A stretch of DNA of 64,000 nucleotides from Candidatus Bathyarchaeota archaeon (GCA_963772455.1 CAVYXJ010000010.1:320001-384000), one strand, 5' to 3'. Positions 1-11,224 are shown, numbered from the stretch's first letter. Program-made: numbers and translations. Notes: a model not told the origin generated them from the sequence alone.

Positions 1-600
1 GTGAAAAATTTACTCTTCTTCTTCTAACAAATATATATTTCATCAGTTTAGTTCCTCAAGAATCTGTACCTGCCAAAATACCTTTAGTGATAACTACTGA
101 ACAGGAAAAATCCTTAATAAAACACCAACACATCCTGATTTTCTGCGGGAAGATAAGCTTGACCGTCTAATTCATCAAGTAAAAATACTGCTTTAAAGAA
201 AAACCGCTTTTCAAAAATTAGTAACATGCTCAATCCTGGTTTCGCTACTGGGATGGTTGTTATTGCTGAGGGAAAAGTTATTGGGGATGGTAACCGCTTA
301 GCAATAAAGAATTAATTACCAGCAACTTTAAGATACTAAGAAATGTTAACTTTGAGGTCACAAGCGTTTATGTTAAGATTGGAAATGGAGTTCCTTTCTA
401 CAAGCAATGCTTGAAGGTTTAGATAGCGATTTGCCCCCACAAGTAACACTAGAAGTGGTTGGTGCGGCAGGAATTAACAAACCTTTAAAAGAAAACAAAT
501 CTAGCAGAAGAGTCAGACATATTTCCTAAGCCATACGAATAGCTGGAAAAAAAGGGGAAATCATTTCAAGGAGAAAAATATTTGCAGCACACAGTAGAAT
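1..600 (+). pseudogene. Degraded conserved archaeal hypothetical protein, probable RNase H-like/YqgF-like fold (5' end at or beyond the window edge)
   Basis: Stitched frames give VITTEQEKSLIKHQHILIF..NPGFATGMVVIAEGKVI..VYVKIGNGVPFYKQ/LLEGLDSDLPPQVTLEVVGAAGINKPLKEN..RVRHIS*AIRIAGKKG, with in-frame stops and shifts; runs into the Clp1 start. Confidence 0.5.
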
Positions 601-1673
601 CAAACAAAACAATGCTTGTCGATGGCCCAGCGTCAGTAAGGCTTGTTTTAGGAAAAGCTGAAGTGTTCGGATACCCAATGAAAGAATCACAACGAGTTTT
701 GATTCAAATAGGAAAACGCCTTCCCTTTTTTGTCAGTGAAAAATCAACATTTGATGTCTCTTTAGGCGCCAGTTCTGGCATAGCCGAAACAATGGGCAGC
801 ACAAATCCATCATCATGGAACACAGTGGTTGAAGCCATTTTGGGTTTGCCAAAGCGCCCTGCGGTTGTAATGATTTTGGGGGCAGCTGATTGTGGAAAAA
901 GTAGTCTTTGCACTTATCTTGTAAATAAATTAGTTGATGGAAAATGTAAAGTTGCAATCTTAGACGGCGATTTAGGTCAATCCGACATAGGTCCCTCAGC
1001 CACCGTTGGTTACAGTTTAACATCTAAACAAATATCAGAATTATACGATTTAAAGCTGAAAAACGCTTTTTTTGTTGGTGTCACCTCTCCTCTTACAGCA
1101 TTGTCCAAAACCATTGAAGGTTTGGTTACAATGGAAGCTGAGATTATGAAGGGACAGGTTGATTTTGTTTTAATTAATACTGATGGCTTTGTTGATGGTG
1201 AAATTGCTGTTAAATACAAGGTTGACCTAGTCAAATCGCTTAAACCCGACATAATCATAGGCATACAAAAACAAGGTGAACTAGCACCCTTGATCAACTG
1301 CTTAGAGAGTCCAGCTTTCATAGTTGAACCATCTTTTGCTCTAAACCCTCGAACACCAGAAAAACGCAAACACCTCAGAGAAATGACTTATTCAAGATAC
1401 CTAAAAAACGCAAAACTGCAGATTTACCCCAAGAGTCAAGTGACTATCGAACCCAGAAACGCTATACCAAAAAACCAAGAACCAGAAAAAGGAATACTCG
1501 TCGGTTTATGTGGTCGAGGCAGCAAGTTTTTAGGAATCGGTGTGTTGCGTGAAGTTAATCAACTTCGGAAAGATCTGAAAGTTCAAACAGCAGTTTCAGC
1601 TAAACCCTTACGGATTATTATTGGAAAAGTAATTGTTAACGAGAAGCTTCAGGAAGTTCAGACTGAGTCCTAA
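582..1673 (+). CDS. Clp1/Grc3/Nol9-family polynucleotide 5'-hydroxyl kinase
   Basis: Walker A GAADCGKSS, DGDLGQSDIGP and INTDG motifs, RKHLRE lid. Confidence 0.88.
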   Translation: MQHTVESNKTMLVDGPASVRLVLGKAEVFGYPMKESQRVLIQIGKRLPFFVSEKSTFDVSLGASSGIAETMGSTNPSSWNTVVEAILGLPKRPAVVMILGAADCGKSSLCTYLVNKLVDGKCKVAILDGDLGQSDIGPSATVGYSLTSKQISELYDLKLKNAFFVGVTSPLTALSKTIEGLVTMEAEIMKGQVDFVLINTDGFVDGEIAVKYKVDLVKSLKPDIIIGIQKQGELAPLINCLESPAFIVEPSFALNPRTPEKRKHLREMTYSRYLKNAKLQIYPKSQVTIEPRNAIPKNQEPEKGILVGLCGRGSKFLGIGVLREVNQLRKDLKVQTAVSAKPLRIIIGKVIVNEKLQEVQTES

Positions 1674-3603
1674 AAAAATTGCTAACTTCAGAAGCTAAAA
1701 CGTCTTTTTTATCTGGCAAAATTTTCATTCCGTTAGTTATCCATGACGGCAAAAAGTTTTTACAGTAATTTGTTGCAAAACGAAAATCCAAGAACACAAT
1801 GGCGCCTCGATCCTCAAGTGTCCTTATAGGTCGCCCCGCAGCCTGCGAAGCCTTTTTCATAGCGGGCAAAACATAGCCGTATTCACGTCCAAACCCTGGA
1901 AAACATTTTTCATAATACTCAATTTGAGCTTTAATTCTTGGTGTTGGTTCGGCATAAGGCACGCCAACTACCACTACTGAATTCATTTGGTTGCCTGGAA
2001 AATCTACACCTTCTGATGTTCTTCCACCTTGAACGCCTAAAAATACGGCGCCGCCTTTATCGCCACAGGCTTTGAAGTCTTGAACCATTTTTTCGTTAGC
2101 TTTTGAAGTCATGCCTTTTCGTTCATAGAAGAGGGGTTTTAATAAAGCGTTTTCTAAACCTTCAGCTAACAAGGAATTTAGAACTTGGAAAGAAGCAGCG
2201 AAGATTCCTGTGTTAGTTGGAGTGCTATTTACAACTTCATTGATGCGTTCTACCATGGTTTGGTACATCTGGGGTGTTCTCTTATCCATCGATGTGGTTA
2301 CACCAAGAGAAACGGCGGCGAAAACATGTTCCTTTGGAAACGGTGAAGGAACAACAAACTTAACTGTGCTTTCCGGTAAACGAGTAATTCTTGCGAAAGC
2401 TTCCAGCGGCTGAAGTGTCCCCGACATAATGACATTGGCGTAGGTTGATGAGAAAACAGGTTGTGTAACCTTCGATGGGTCCAGCGCCACTATTTCTAGT
2501 TTGGTGGTTTTGTTGTTTTCTTTGTTGAAGTACCTGCTTGCTACATTGATGAATGAGTCATCTTTAATTGTATCGAACCATTTGAGCAGAAACTCACTCA
2601 TTGAATGAACATATGACCTTGGGTTTTTACCATCAGCCAACAAAGCCTTCTTAATAATTCCGCCTGCCTCATGCATGTGTTCAAAGAACTCTCTGGGACG
2701 TGGAATGTTGCCCTTTTTCTCGATAATTTCGATAATAATATTTGCTGAAATTATTTCTTCCCGGCTTATTTTATCCGTTATTTTTTCTATTTCAGTTCGG
2801 AAGAAAAAAATAAAATCCTCGATATCTTTGTGGCCGAATCGTGCAGCTTCCATCTCCGCTGCCCTCATAACGAAAAGCGAAAGGGTGCTTCCAGAGATGC
2901 TAATAGCAGTTTCAGGCAAATTATGTGCTTCATCAACAATTAGAATTATTTTCTGCAATTCCGTTTCAAGGTTCTTAACAAAAGCCGTTCGTATAACGGG
3001 GTCGAAGACATAGAGGTAGCTTAGTGCAATGACTTTAACGTCTGAGAGCCCTGCTTTTACAAGTTCATAAGGGCAGACTTCTTTCTTCTTGCAGATTCGC
3101 TGGATTTCTGAGCCCATATAGGGGCGGCTGGCTACCTGCTGTTGGAGTTGCAAGTAGTCATACGTACGCTCTTCTACGTTTGTGTAGAATGGGCATCTGC
3201 TTTTCGCTTTGAGGAGCTCGCACATTTCCATAAGTGACTTCGAATCAAAAGCGCCCTTAGAAGCGAAAACGTTAAGACACATTTCGTTACGGCCACGGAT
3301 TGAGAGGCCGGAGACTTGGTGTTTTCTAAATACTGCTCTTAACTCTTCAATGACACGATCATGTTGACGATGAGTTCGTGCTACATAGAGGATTTTGAGT
3401 TTTTTTTCGATCGCGATAGGCAAAACGGCGGATAGAGCTGAGATCGTTTTTCCCAAGCCATTACTGCCTTCGATTAAAACAGAACGCCTACCAGCTACTG
3501 CATTGTAGACAGTGGTTATGAAATCATCTTGATGAGGGCGTACGCTGTCATAGGGAAAGTATTCTGCAACTTGACTGGGAAGCTTAATCATACCTGATTT
3601 CAA
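1636..3603 (-). CDS. xpd: XPD/Rad3/DinG-family Fe-S DNA helicase
   Basis: Q motif RPHQ, GSNGLGKT, four Fe-S Cys (EMC, MCE, RCP, VCPY), DEAH, SGTL, SEGVDF, QAAGRPIR. Confidence 0.9.
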   Translation of the reverse strand: MKSGMIKLPSQVAEYFPYDSVRPHQDDFITTVYNAVAGRRSVLIEGSNGLGKTISALSAVLPIAIEKKLKILYVARTHRQHDRVIEELRAVFRKHQVSGLSIRGRNEMCLNVFASKGAFDSKSLMEMCELLKAKSRCPFYTNVEERTYDYLQLQQQVASRPYMGSEIQRICKKKEVCPYELVKAGLSDVKVIALSYLYVFDPVIRTAFVKNLETELQKIILIVDEAHNLPETAISISGSTLSLFVMRAAEMEAARFGHKDIEDFIFFFRTEIEKITDKISREEIISANIIIEIIEKKGNIPRPREFFEHMHEAGGIIKKALLADGKNPRSYVHSMSEFLLKWFDTIKDDSFINVASRYFNKENNKTTKLEIVALDPSKVTQPVFSSTYANVIMSGTLQPLEAFARITRLPESTVKFVVPSPFPKEHVFAAVSLGVTTSMDKRTPQMYQTMVERINEVVNSTPTNTGIFAASFQVLNSLLAEGLENALLKPLFYERKGMTSKANEKMVQDFKACGDKGGAVFLGVQGGRTSEGVDFPGNQMNSVVVVGVPYAEPTPRIKAQIEYYEKCFPGFGREYGYVLPAMKKASQAAGRPIRTLEDRGAIVFLDFRFATNYCKNFLPSWITNGMKILPDKKDVLASEVSNFFRTQSELPEASR

Positions 3604-3975
3604 TCTTTTTGATTTCTCCTCATGAAAGGCAAAAATTCCTGTAACATATTAGAGCTTGCAGTAATGCACATAGTGATCATTTTTGCCTCCCTCATCTGAA
3701 AATACAGCCACAAATATGGTTTGCAAACTATAAATACCAATTGCGATAACAACAGATGTTTGAGAACCAGACGGATCAAGAGCTGATAGAATATTCAAAA
3801 ATTGCTCCGCCAAAGTTAGTAGGGATGAGGTTAAGGAGGTACGTCTTGGTCTATTGAATCGCTCCACAGACCCACTGGCATTGTTGTTGGGGTTTTGCGT
3901 TAATAGGAAAGGTTTTTAGTATAGTTATTATATGAGACAGTGAAAAAGTGTATAGTGTAAAGTGAGGTTAACATT

Positions 3976-4704
3976 ATGTCTGTATTTGCAGCCCCAGGAG
4001 CATATGACCGTGCCATTACCGTTTTCTCGCCCGATGGACGACTCTTCCAAGTAGAATACGCGATGGAACTAGTGAACCGCGGAGCCACAATAATAGGTAT
4101 CCAATCCACAGAAGGTTTAGTTCTCGGTTCAGAAGAAAACATCGAAGTCCTTGAAGAAGCAGGATTTTCGTGGAAAATCTTTCGAGTAGATGACCATATT
4201 GGCGCAGCCATAGTTGGCTTAAGCTCCGATGCAAGAATCCTAATTGATCAAGCAAGAATTTACGCTCAAAGCAACAAATTAACTTACGACGAACCCATCG
4301 ACGTGGAAGTTGTAACTAAACGTATATGCGACATCCAACAAATGTACACACAACACGCAGGTGTACGGCCTTTCGGCGTCTCCATTATCTTCGGAGGAGT
4401 CGACAAAACAGGAACTCGTGTCTTCGGAACACACCCAAGCGGAACTTATAGAGGCTATAAAGCTACAGCATTAGGCGCAGGTAGAGAAACAGTTCTCGCT
4501 ATTCTAAAAGAAGATTACAAAGAAGACTTAACTCTCGATAATAGCATAAAACTCACAGTCAAATGTTTGGTGAAAGCCCTTGAAGCCCGCCAACTCCCGC
4601 CGAGAATAAAAATCGCAATCATCCCTGCTGCAACACAGAAAATGGAAATGCTAAACGATAATACTGTGGAAGGTTACATCAAAGAGCTGGGTTCAAGCAA
4701 GTGA
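3976..4704 (+). CDS. psmA: Proteasome alpha subunit
   Basis: YDRAITVFSPDGRLFQVEYA signature, RPFGVS. Confidence 0.97.
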   Translation: MSVFAAPGAYDRAITVFSPDGRLFQVEYAMELVNRGATIIGIQSTEGLVLGSEENIEVLEEAGFSWKIFRVDDHIGAAIVGLSSDARILIDQARIYAQSNKLTYDEPIDVEVVTKRICDIQQMYTQHAGVRPFGVSIIFGGVDKTGTRVFGTHPSGTYRGYKATALGAGRETVLAILKEDYKEDLTLDNSIKLTVKCLVKALEARQLPPRIKIAIIPAATQKMEMLNDNTVEGYIKELGSSK

Positions 4705-4711
4705 AAAATTA

Positions 4712-5401
4712 ATGAGCGAAAAGTTCACCGTCGCGCGCTTAACAAGAGAAAATGAGCATTTTGAAATACTAGTTAAACCACAGAAAGCGCTCGACTACCG
4801 AAACGGAAAAATCGCGGGAATAACCGAGGTTTTAGCCGCTGAAATGATTTTCGCTGATGCTAACAAAGGCACCAAAGTTTCTGAAGAAGCAATGAAAAAA
4901 GCCTTCAAAACGTGTGATCCATTAAAAATTGCAGATGAAATAATAAAGAAAGGCACTCTGCAATTGACCACCGACCAAAGACGTAAAATGGTGGAAGATA
5001 AGAAAAGGCAAATAATAGATTTTATTTCTCACCAAGCAGTTGACCCAAAAACAAATTTGCCACATCCTCCAGCAAGAATTGAAAATGCAATGGAGCAAAT
5101 TCGTTATCCAATAGATCCATATAAGCCGATTGAGGAACAAGCCAAAGACATAGTTAAACTTCTCCGACCAATCTTACCCCTTAAAATAGAGCAGGTAACT
5201 GTTGCCGTGAAAATACCCACACAACATGCTGCAAGAGCTTATGGAACAGTCAAAACGTTAGGAACCATCAAGCGGGAAGAATGGCGCGGTGATGGTTCAT
5301 GGTATGGCGAAATCGAATTACCAGCAGGATCATACTCTTCGTTGATAAACAAACTTGGAGACGCAACCAAGGGAACGGGAGAAGCAAAAATAATCTCTTA
5401 G
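4712..5401 (+). CDS. sdo1: Ribosome maturation factor SBDS/Sdo1
   Basis: HFEILV, DPKTNLPHPPARIENAM; conserved position after psmA. Confidence 0.95.
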   Translation: MSEKFTVARLTRENEHFEILVKPQKALDYRNGKIAGITEVLAAEMIFADANKGTKVSEEAMKKAFKTCDPLKIADEIIKKGTLQLTTDQRRKMVEDKKRQIIDFISHQAVDPKTNLPHPPARIENAMEQIRYPIDPYKPIEEQAKDIVKLLRPILPLKIEQVTVAVKIPTQHAARAYGTVKTLGTIKREEWRGDGSWYGEIELPAGSYSSLINKLGDATKGTGEAKIIS

Positions 5402-5428
5402 TAATGAAAAAAAATGATAGGTGATTTT

Positions 5429-6142
5429 ATGCCAACATTCTTTGAAAAAAAACAGCTTGTTACGCCCGGAGAAATGCTCGCTGAAGGCGACTATTTACCT
5501 GGCGAAAACACGTATGTAGAAGCAGGCAAGATTTATGCCTCAAGGATTGGACTCGTAGACAGCGATAACAAAAAAGTAAACGTTGTTGCATTAAGGGCAT
5601 TTTACGTCCCAAAAATGGGTGATATAGTGATAGGAACAGTCATCGAAGTAGGCTTCAATGGCTGGACAGTCGATATTAAAGCACCCTACACAGCGATGCT
5701 TCGAGCATCAGACGTACTTAGCAGACCCTTTAAACCCCAAAACGACGAGTTATCCCAAGTCTTAACAGCAGGCGACTTAATCGTTGCCAAAATCGCGACC
5801 TTCGATAGAGCACACGACCCACAATTAACAGTGGGAGAACCAGGACTTGGAAAAATTACTCGAGGCCAAATCCTACATGTGACCCCAACAAAGATTCCCC
5901 GAATTATCGGACGGAAGGGTTCAATGATTTCAATGATAAAGCAAGAAACCAACTGCCAAATAATCCTTGGATTGAACGGAGTCATCTTGGTCACTGGCAA
6001 AACCTTGGAAGAAGAGGAACTCGCTATTTTCGTGATTCGAAAGATTGAGGAAGAATCCCATACAAGCGGTCTTACTGATCGCATTACACAGTTGTTAAAA
6101 GAAAAGAAAATAGTTAAAGTGGAGGAAAATAAAGTTGAATGA
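5429..6142 (+). CDS. rrp4: Exosome RNA-binding subunit Rrp4
   Basis: VTPGE N-terminus, S1 domain ([11 protein letters not shown]), KH loop IIGRKGSMI; ATG 5429 after GGTGA SD. Confidence 0.95.
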   Translation: MPTFFEKKQLVTPGEMLAEGDYLPGENTYVEAGKIYASRIGLVDSDNKKVNVVALRAFYVPKMGDIVIGTVIEVGFNGWTVDIKAPYTAMLRASDVLSRPFKPQNDELSQVLTAGDLIVAKIATFDRAHDPQLTVGEPGLGKITRGQILHVTPTKIPRIIGRKGSMISMIKQETNCQIILGLNGVILVTGKTLEEEELAIFVIRKIEEESHTSGLTDRITQLLKEKKIVKVEENKVE

Positions 6143-6869
6143 AAAACCAGATAAATTAATCGATAAAAAAGGCATCCGATTAGACGGTAGAAAAGCGGAT
6201 GAACTTCGCCCTGTTAAGCTTCAAGTAGGCGTCTTGTCACACGCTGATGGATCAGCCTATATTGAACATGGAAAAAACAAAATTTTAGTCGGCGTTTTTG
6301 GTCCAAGAGAAGTGCATCCAAAACACTTGATGCAACCAGACCGCATGGTTTTGAAAGTTCGATATCACATGGCGCCATTTTCTGTTCAGGAAAGAAAATC
6401 CCCCGCACCATCCAGAAGAGAAGTTGAACTCTCAAAAGTCATAAAAGAATCTTTAGAACCAGCCCTATTCTTGGAATTGTATCCACGAACAGGAGTTGAC
6501 GTTTTTATTGAAGTCTTGCAAGCTGACGGAGGAACAAGATGTGCAGCTATCACCGCAGCAGCCCTAGCAATCGCAGACGCAGGTGTTCCAATGCGTGACT
6601 TAGTTGTAGGTTGTGCAGCTGGAAAAGTTGACGACACTGTAGTGCTAGACCTATACGATGCCGAAGACAAACTTGGCGCAGCAGACGTACCAGTAGCTTA
6701 TATGCCCGCTTTAAACGCAATTACCTTGTTGCAAATGGATGGCATTTTAGAGCCTGCAGAATTCGAAAAAGCTGTTTACATGGCTATGGAAGGCTGCAAG
6801 AAAATCTATGAAATGCAAAAGGAAGCGTTAAAGACCAAGTATATGGTTGTTAAAGAGGTTGAAGAATAA
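6135..6869 (+). CDS. rrp41: Exosome catalytic subunit Rrp41
   Basis: [30 protein letters not shown]. Confidence 0.96.
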   Translation: MNEKPDKLIDKKGIRLDGRKADELRPVKLQVGVLSHADGSAYIEHGKNKILVGVFGPREVHPKHLMQPDRMVLKVRYHMAPFSVQERKSPAPSRREVELSKVIKESLEPALFLELYPRTGVDVFIEVLQADGGTRCAAITAAALAIADAGVPMRDLVVGCAAGKVDDTVVLDLYDAEDKLGAADVPVAYMPALNAITLLQMDGILEPAEFEKAVYMAMEGCKKIYEMQKEALKTKYMVVKEVEE

Positions 6870-7660
6870 TGTCATCACTTGTAACTAAAGTTAGACTAAA
6901 GCAAATAGAACAACTAATCGAAAAAGGCAAACGCCTAGACGACAGAGGCTTGCTTGATACCCGCGAAATCAAAATTGAACAAGGTCTAATCGAGAAAGCT
7001 GAAGGATCCGCAAGAGTTTTCCTTGGAAAAACTGAAGTCCTAGTAGGCGTCAAAGTCGGACTTGGAGAACCATTCCCAGATACACCAAACGACGGTGTCT
7101 TAACAGTAAACGCAGAATTAGTTCCATTAGCTTCACCAAACTTTGAACCAGGACCACCAGACGAAAGTTCAATCGAACTAGCTCGAGTTGTAGATAGAGG
7201 CATCAGAGAATCAAAATGTGTCGATACTGAGAAACTTTGCATTGAACCAGGCAAGAAAGTGTTCGTTGTCTTCGTTGACATTTACGTACTCAACCACGAT
7301 GGAAACTTGATTGACGCAGCGGCGTTAGCAGCTATGGCAGCTCTCATAAATACAAAAATGCCCAACTATGAAATCAAAGATGGCGAACTAAAAATGAAGC
7401 AAGGCTACACTCAACTGCCACTTAAGAGCCATCCAATTACAGTCACCACAGGCAAAATTAACAACCATCTGTTTACTGATCCATGGATTGAAGAAGAACA
7501 AGTCATGGATTCACGTATAACATTTGCAACAAAAGAAGATGGAACTATATGCGCAATTCAGAAAGGCGGCTCTAGCTATTTCACACCGCAACAGATTTTA
7601 GAAGCCTCAAAGATTGCTCTGGACAAAGCAGCAGAACTGCGCAAGAAACTTGATTGGTGA
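6869..7660 (+). CDS. rrp42: Exosome subunit Rrp42
   Basis: KAEGSARV, FEPGPPDE, ELARVVDRGIRES, DGNLIDA. Confidence 0.96.
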   Translation: MSSLVTKVRLKQIEQLIEKGKRLDDRGLLDTREIKIEQGLIEKAEGSARVFLGKTEVLVGVKVGLGEPFPDTPNDGVLTVNAELVPLASPNFEPGPPDESSIELARVVDRGIRESKCVDTEKLCIEPGKKVFVVFVDIYVLNHDGNLIDAAALAAMAALINTKMPNYEIKDGELKMKQGYTQLPLKSHPITVTTGKINNHLFTDPWIEEEQVMDSRITFATKEDGTICAIQKGGSSYFTPQQILEASKIALDKAAELRKKLDW

Positions 7661-7668
7661 GATAAAAG

Positions 7669-7992
7669 TTGCCTAAAATGAAGAAAGTCGGTCCAACACG
7701 AGGTCTAGGGGTACGTTACGGCTCCACAGTAAGAAAACGCTATATGAAAGTAATGATTGAACTCAAGAAACCCCACAGATGTCCACAATGCGGATTTAAC
7801 CGCGTTAAACGTGAAAGCGTTGGCATTTGGAAATGCAAAAAATGCGAGTTCACTTTTGCAGGCGGAGCATATACACCAGTAACTAAATTAGGTGTTGTGG
7901 CCAAACGTGCAGCTAAAGGTGCGCCAATTGAAGAAACGGCGAAAGCTGTGGCGGCTGTCGAGTCGGCAACTGAAGAAGATAACAACGAGTAA
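7669..7992 (+). CDS. rpl37ae: 50S ribosomal protein L37Ae (eL43) with acidic C-terminal tail
   Basis: GVRYGSTVRK, CPQC..GIWKCKKC, FAGGAY. Confidence 0.95.
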   Translation: MPKMKKVGPTRGLGVRYGSTVRKRYMKVMIELKKPHRCPQCGFNRVKRESVGIWKCKKCEFTFAGGAYTPVTKLGVVAKRAAKGAPIEETAKAVAAVESATEEDNNE

Positions 7993-8075
7993 ACATTTTC
8001 TTTCTTTTAATTTTTTTATTTCTATTTTTATTTATTACTCTAAAGGTCATGTCTTAGCATTGGAGCTGCTGAATT

Positions 8076-8330
8076 GTGATTGGCGCAAAGGCTTTTATTC
8101 GCCTAAAATTTAATTCACAGAAACAACTTTCTACGCTTCTTGAAGCTTTAACGCCAGAAACCAAAGCCCAAGTTACAAGGCGAGCCAACGTTATGCTTGA
8201 AGCCGAGGGGTTATTTCTCGTATTGACTGTTGAGGCTAATGACACAGTTGCTCTGCGTGCAACATTGAATGCTTATCTACGATGGATAAATTCTATGGTT
8301 AATGTTATACAAATGGTTGAAAGTACTTAA
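8076..8330 (+). CDS. pcc1: KEOPS complex subunit Pcc1
   Basis: ALTPE, LTVEANDTVALRATLNAYLRW; usual operon position. Confidence 0.88.
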   Translation: MIGAKAFIRLKFNSQKQLSTLLEALTPETKAQVTRRANVMLEAEGLFLVLTVEANDTVALRATLNAYLRWINSMVNVIQMVEST

Positions 8331-8428
8331 TTTTAGAAAATTTTAAAAATAGTTTTTAACGTATTTGATAACCTTATTGAGATTCATAACAGAGACTTAA
8401 GATGTGAAATGTACAAAGTTAAAGAAAA

Positions 8429-8683
8429 TTATTTGTATTTTGTTTTGAAAAACAAAATCACTATTGCTTGAATAAACGCCAAAGAATTTGCAACAATAAT
8501 CGGTAAGTCATTAACGAAAATCCCATATACAAACCATAAGAGCACTCCAGCCCCAAAGAGGGTGAACATCCCTGTGGAGATATCTTTGGTGGATTTTGTT
8601 TTGTAAACTTTGATTAATTGTGGAAGAAGCGAGACTGTTGTAAATAACGCGGCTACAAGCCCGATAATTGTTATTGCATCCAT
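8429..8683 (-). CDS. SemiSWEET (PQ-loop) transporter
   Basis: 84 aa, 3 TM helices, LPQLIKVYKTKSTKDIS, W..YG, IIVAN. Confidence 0.9.
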   Translation of the reverse strand: MDAITIIGLVAALFTTVSLLPQLIKVYKTKSTKDISTGMFTLFGAGVLLWFVYGIFVNDLPIIVANSLAFIQAIVILFFKTKYK

Positions 8684-8869
8684 GAATGCACTTTTTGCTT
8701 AAGAGAAGTATTTAGCTTTCGATTACCAAAAGTAGTTTATTCATACGTAAAATGCAAAAATTAGGATTTTACATTTACCGTTGATGATACTTTTTGGAAA
8801 GGAAGGTTTAAATAAATACCGCCATATTTCGTATATGCTTTAAAGTTAAAAAACGGATGAAAACTTAGC

Positions 8870-9361
8870 ATGTCGTCACAGGAATATCGCTATATACTTC
8901 GTATAATGGGTACAGACGTTCAAGGTACCTTGAAGACTTATTACGCTGTCGCGCAAGTCAAAGGGGTAAGTGCAGCTCTCGCAAACGCAGTTATTAAAAA
9001 AGCGGGAGTAAACCCTGATCTACGCGTTGGTTTTATAACAGAATCAGACATCAACAAAATCGAGGATGTAATTAAGGACCCAGCAAAATATGGTATTCCA
9101 AGCTGGATGTTTAATCGTCGAAAAGACACAGACTCTGGAAAGGACCAACATATTTTGAGTTCTGAACTTGCATTCAAAATTAAAACTGACATTGATCAAG
9201 CTAAAGAAATCAGGTCTTGGCGTGGATACCGCCATGCTTACAGCCTGAAAGTACGTGGCCAACGAACAAAAACCACTGGAAGAGCAGGCAAAGCCTTAGG
9301 AGTTAAGAAGAAGACTCTAATGCAAAAGCCAGGTGGAGCACCAGCAGAAGGAGGCAAATAA
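8870..9361 (+). CDS. rps13: 30S ribosomal protein S13
   Basis: [32 protein letters not shown]. Confidence 0.97.
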   Translation: MSSQEYRYILRIMGTDVQGTLKTYYAVAQVKGVSAALANAVIKKAGVNPDLRVGFITESDINKIEDVIKDPAKYGIPSWMFNRRKDTDSGKDQHILSSELAFKIKTDIDQAKEIRSWRGYRHAYSLKVRGQRTKTTGRAGKALGVKKKTLMQKPGGAPAEGGK

Positions 9362-9363
9362 AC

Positions 9364-9954
9364 ATGGGAGATCCGAAGAAACAGCGTAAGAAATTTGATA
9401 CTCCACGTTTCCGATGGCGAAAAGATGTCCTCCAAGAAGAACTAAAACTCTTGGGTCAATTCGGTCTAAGAAACAAACATGAACTCTGGCGTCACAAAAC
9501 TTCTCTATCCAAATACAGAAGCATCGCCAGATCACTCATCAGCAAAACTACTGAAGAACGAGCAAAAATGGAAAATGAATTGCTCGCGCAACTGAAGAAG
9601 AAAGGCATCTTGGATGAGACTACAGTGCTGGACAATGTTTTAGACTTAACCATTGAAGACATATTGGAACGAAGACTGCAAACAGTAGTTTTCCGAAAAG
9701 GCTTAGCCAGAACTATTTTCCAGTCACGCCAACTAATCACACATGGACATGTAACAATAGATGGTCGCCGAGTAACAATCCCCGGCTATATAGTTCTAAA
9801 AGAGGATGAAGCAAAAATAGTATATTCACCAGAAAGCGCAATAGCCGTTCCAGAACACGCATTACGCGTTGGATTAACAGTGGTGGCTAAACAAGTTGAA
9901 GCTAGACCACCTCAAAGAGGTCGCAGAGGCGGACGCGGAGGCGGCAGATTTTGA
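9364..9954 (+). CDS. rps4: 30S ribosomal protein S4
   Basis: [33 protein letters not shown]. Confidence 0.97.
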   Translation: MGDPKKQRKKFDTPRFRWRKDVLQEELKLLGQFGLRNKHELWRHKTSLSKYRSIARSLISKTTEERAKMENELLAQLKKKGILDETTVLDNVLDLTIEDILERRLQTVVFRKGLARTIFQSRQLITHGHVTIDGRRVTIPGYIVLKEDEAKIVYSPESAIAVPEHALRVGLTVVAKQVEARPPQRGRRGGRGGGRF

Positions 9955-10358
9955 GCGCTCCCAACAATAAACGCAACGAGAAGTGGGCAATCGTTCACAT
10001 ATTCAGCTCATATAACAACACTTTAATCCATATCACTGACATTTCAGGCGCAGAAACAATAGCCCGCACAACAGGCGGAATGTTCGTCAAAGCTGACCGC
10101 ATGGAATCTTCTCCATACGCAGCCATGCGTGCATCAACTGGAGCAGCCGAAATTGCACGTGACAAAGGAATTACCGCTATCCACATAAAAGTTCGAGCAC
10201 CAGGCGGCGCAGGACCAAGAACACCTGGACCAGGCGCTCAAGCAGCCATTCGAGCATTAGCCAGATTTGGTTTCCGCATTGAACGTATCGAAGAAGTCAC
10301 ACCAATTCCCCACGATGGAACAAGACGACCCGGTGGCAGAAGAGGCAGAAGAGTCTAA
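9951..10358 (+). CDS. rps11: 30S ribosomal protein S11
   Basis: [40 protein letters not shown]. Confidence 0.97.
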   Translation: MSAPNNKRNEKWAIVHIFSSYNNTLIHITDISGAETIARTTGGMFVKADRMESSPYAAMRASTGAAEIARDKGITAIHIKVRAPGGAGPRTPGPGAQAAIRALARFGFRIERIEEVTPIPHDGTRRPGGRRGRRV

Positions 10359-10408
10359 TCTGCAATATTCTTCCTTTATGGAAAGTAACTTATTGGAGTG
10401 TTTAGCAA

Positions 10409-11224
10409 GTGAAAATAGAAGTCCTTGAAAAAAACGATATCAACCTACGCATAGCCGTTAGAGATGCGGATGTTCCTTTAATGAACGCTCTGCGACGCCT
10501 AGCACTTGCTGAAGTTCCTTGTATGGCTATTGAAGAAGTTGTAATGATAGAAAACTCTTCAATTCTTCAAGATGAAATTATTGCTCATCGACTTGGTCTC
10601 ACACCTCTCAAAACTGATTTAGATGCATACAGTCTCGCTGAAGAATGCGAATGTAAAAGTGAATTTGGCTGCTCACAATGTCGAGTAACATTAACTCTTG
10701 ATGCTGAAGCAAAGGAAGGAACAAGAACTGTTTATTCCGGCGAAATTGTTTCTGAAAACCCAGAAATTGTGCCTGTCTCAGACAAAATTCCAATAGTTAA
10801 ACTTGCAAAAAACCAGAAGCTAAAACTGGAAGCTTACGCAAAACTTGGAATAGGCAAAACCCATGCAAAATGGCAGCCTGTTTCAATGTGTGCATACAAA
10901 TATTACCCAAAAATAACTACTCCAACAGAGAAATGTGAAGATTGCTCAAAATGTGTTGACATTTGCCCCAAAAAAGTTCTTGCAATAAAAGACGAAAAAG
11001 TTGATGTGCGCGATCTTTTAGCATGTAATCTTTGTTTGGATTGTGTTGATGCTTGCCCAAAAAAACCCTCTCCGCTCAAAGTTGAATGGGAAAAGAACGC
11101 TTTCGTAATGAGCATTGAGTCTACAGGTGCTCTTCCTCCGGAACGGGTCTTAAAAGAAGCAACTAAACTGTTAGGCAAACAACTAAACGAGTTTGAAGAA
11201 CAAATAAAGGCTGGATTACAATGA
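10409..11224 (+). CDS. rpoD: RNA polymerase subunit D (Rpo3) with ferredoxin-like domain
   Basis: NALRR, DEIIAHRLGL, HAKWQP, ESTGAL; two CxxCxxCxxxCP motifs. Confidence 0.96.
   Translation: MKIEVLEKNDINLRIAVRDADVPLMNALRRLALAEVPCMAIEEVVMIENSSILQDEIIAHRLGLTPLKTDLDAYSLAEECECKSEFGCSQCRVTLTLDAEAKEGTRTVYSGEIVSENPEIVPVSDKIPIVKLAKNQKLKLEAYAKLGIGKTHAKWQPVSMCAYKYYPKITTPTEKCEDCSKCVDICPKKVLAIKDEKVDVRDLLACNLCLDCVDACPKKPSPLKVEWEKNAFVMSIESTGALPPERVLKEATKLLGKQLNEFEEQIKAGLQ

Noticed and set aside
3610-3900. 72-aa ORF or C/D-box sRNA between xpd and psmA
   Set aside because: No SD, no recognisable family, no properly spaced C and D boxes
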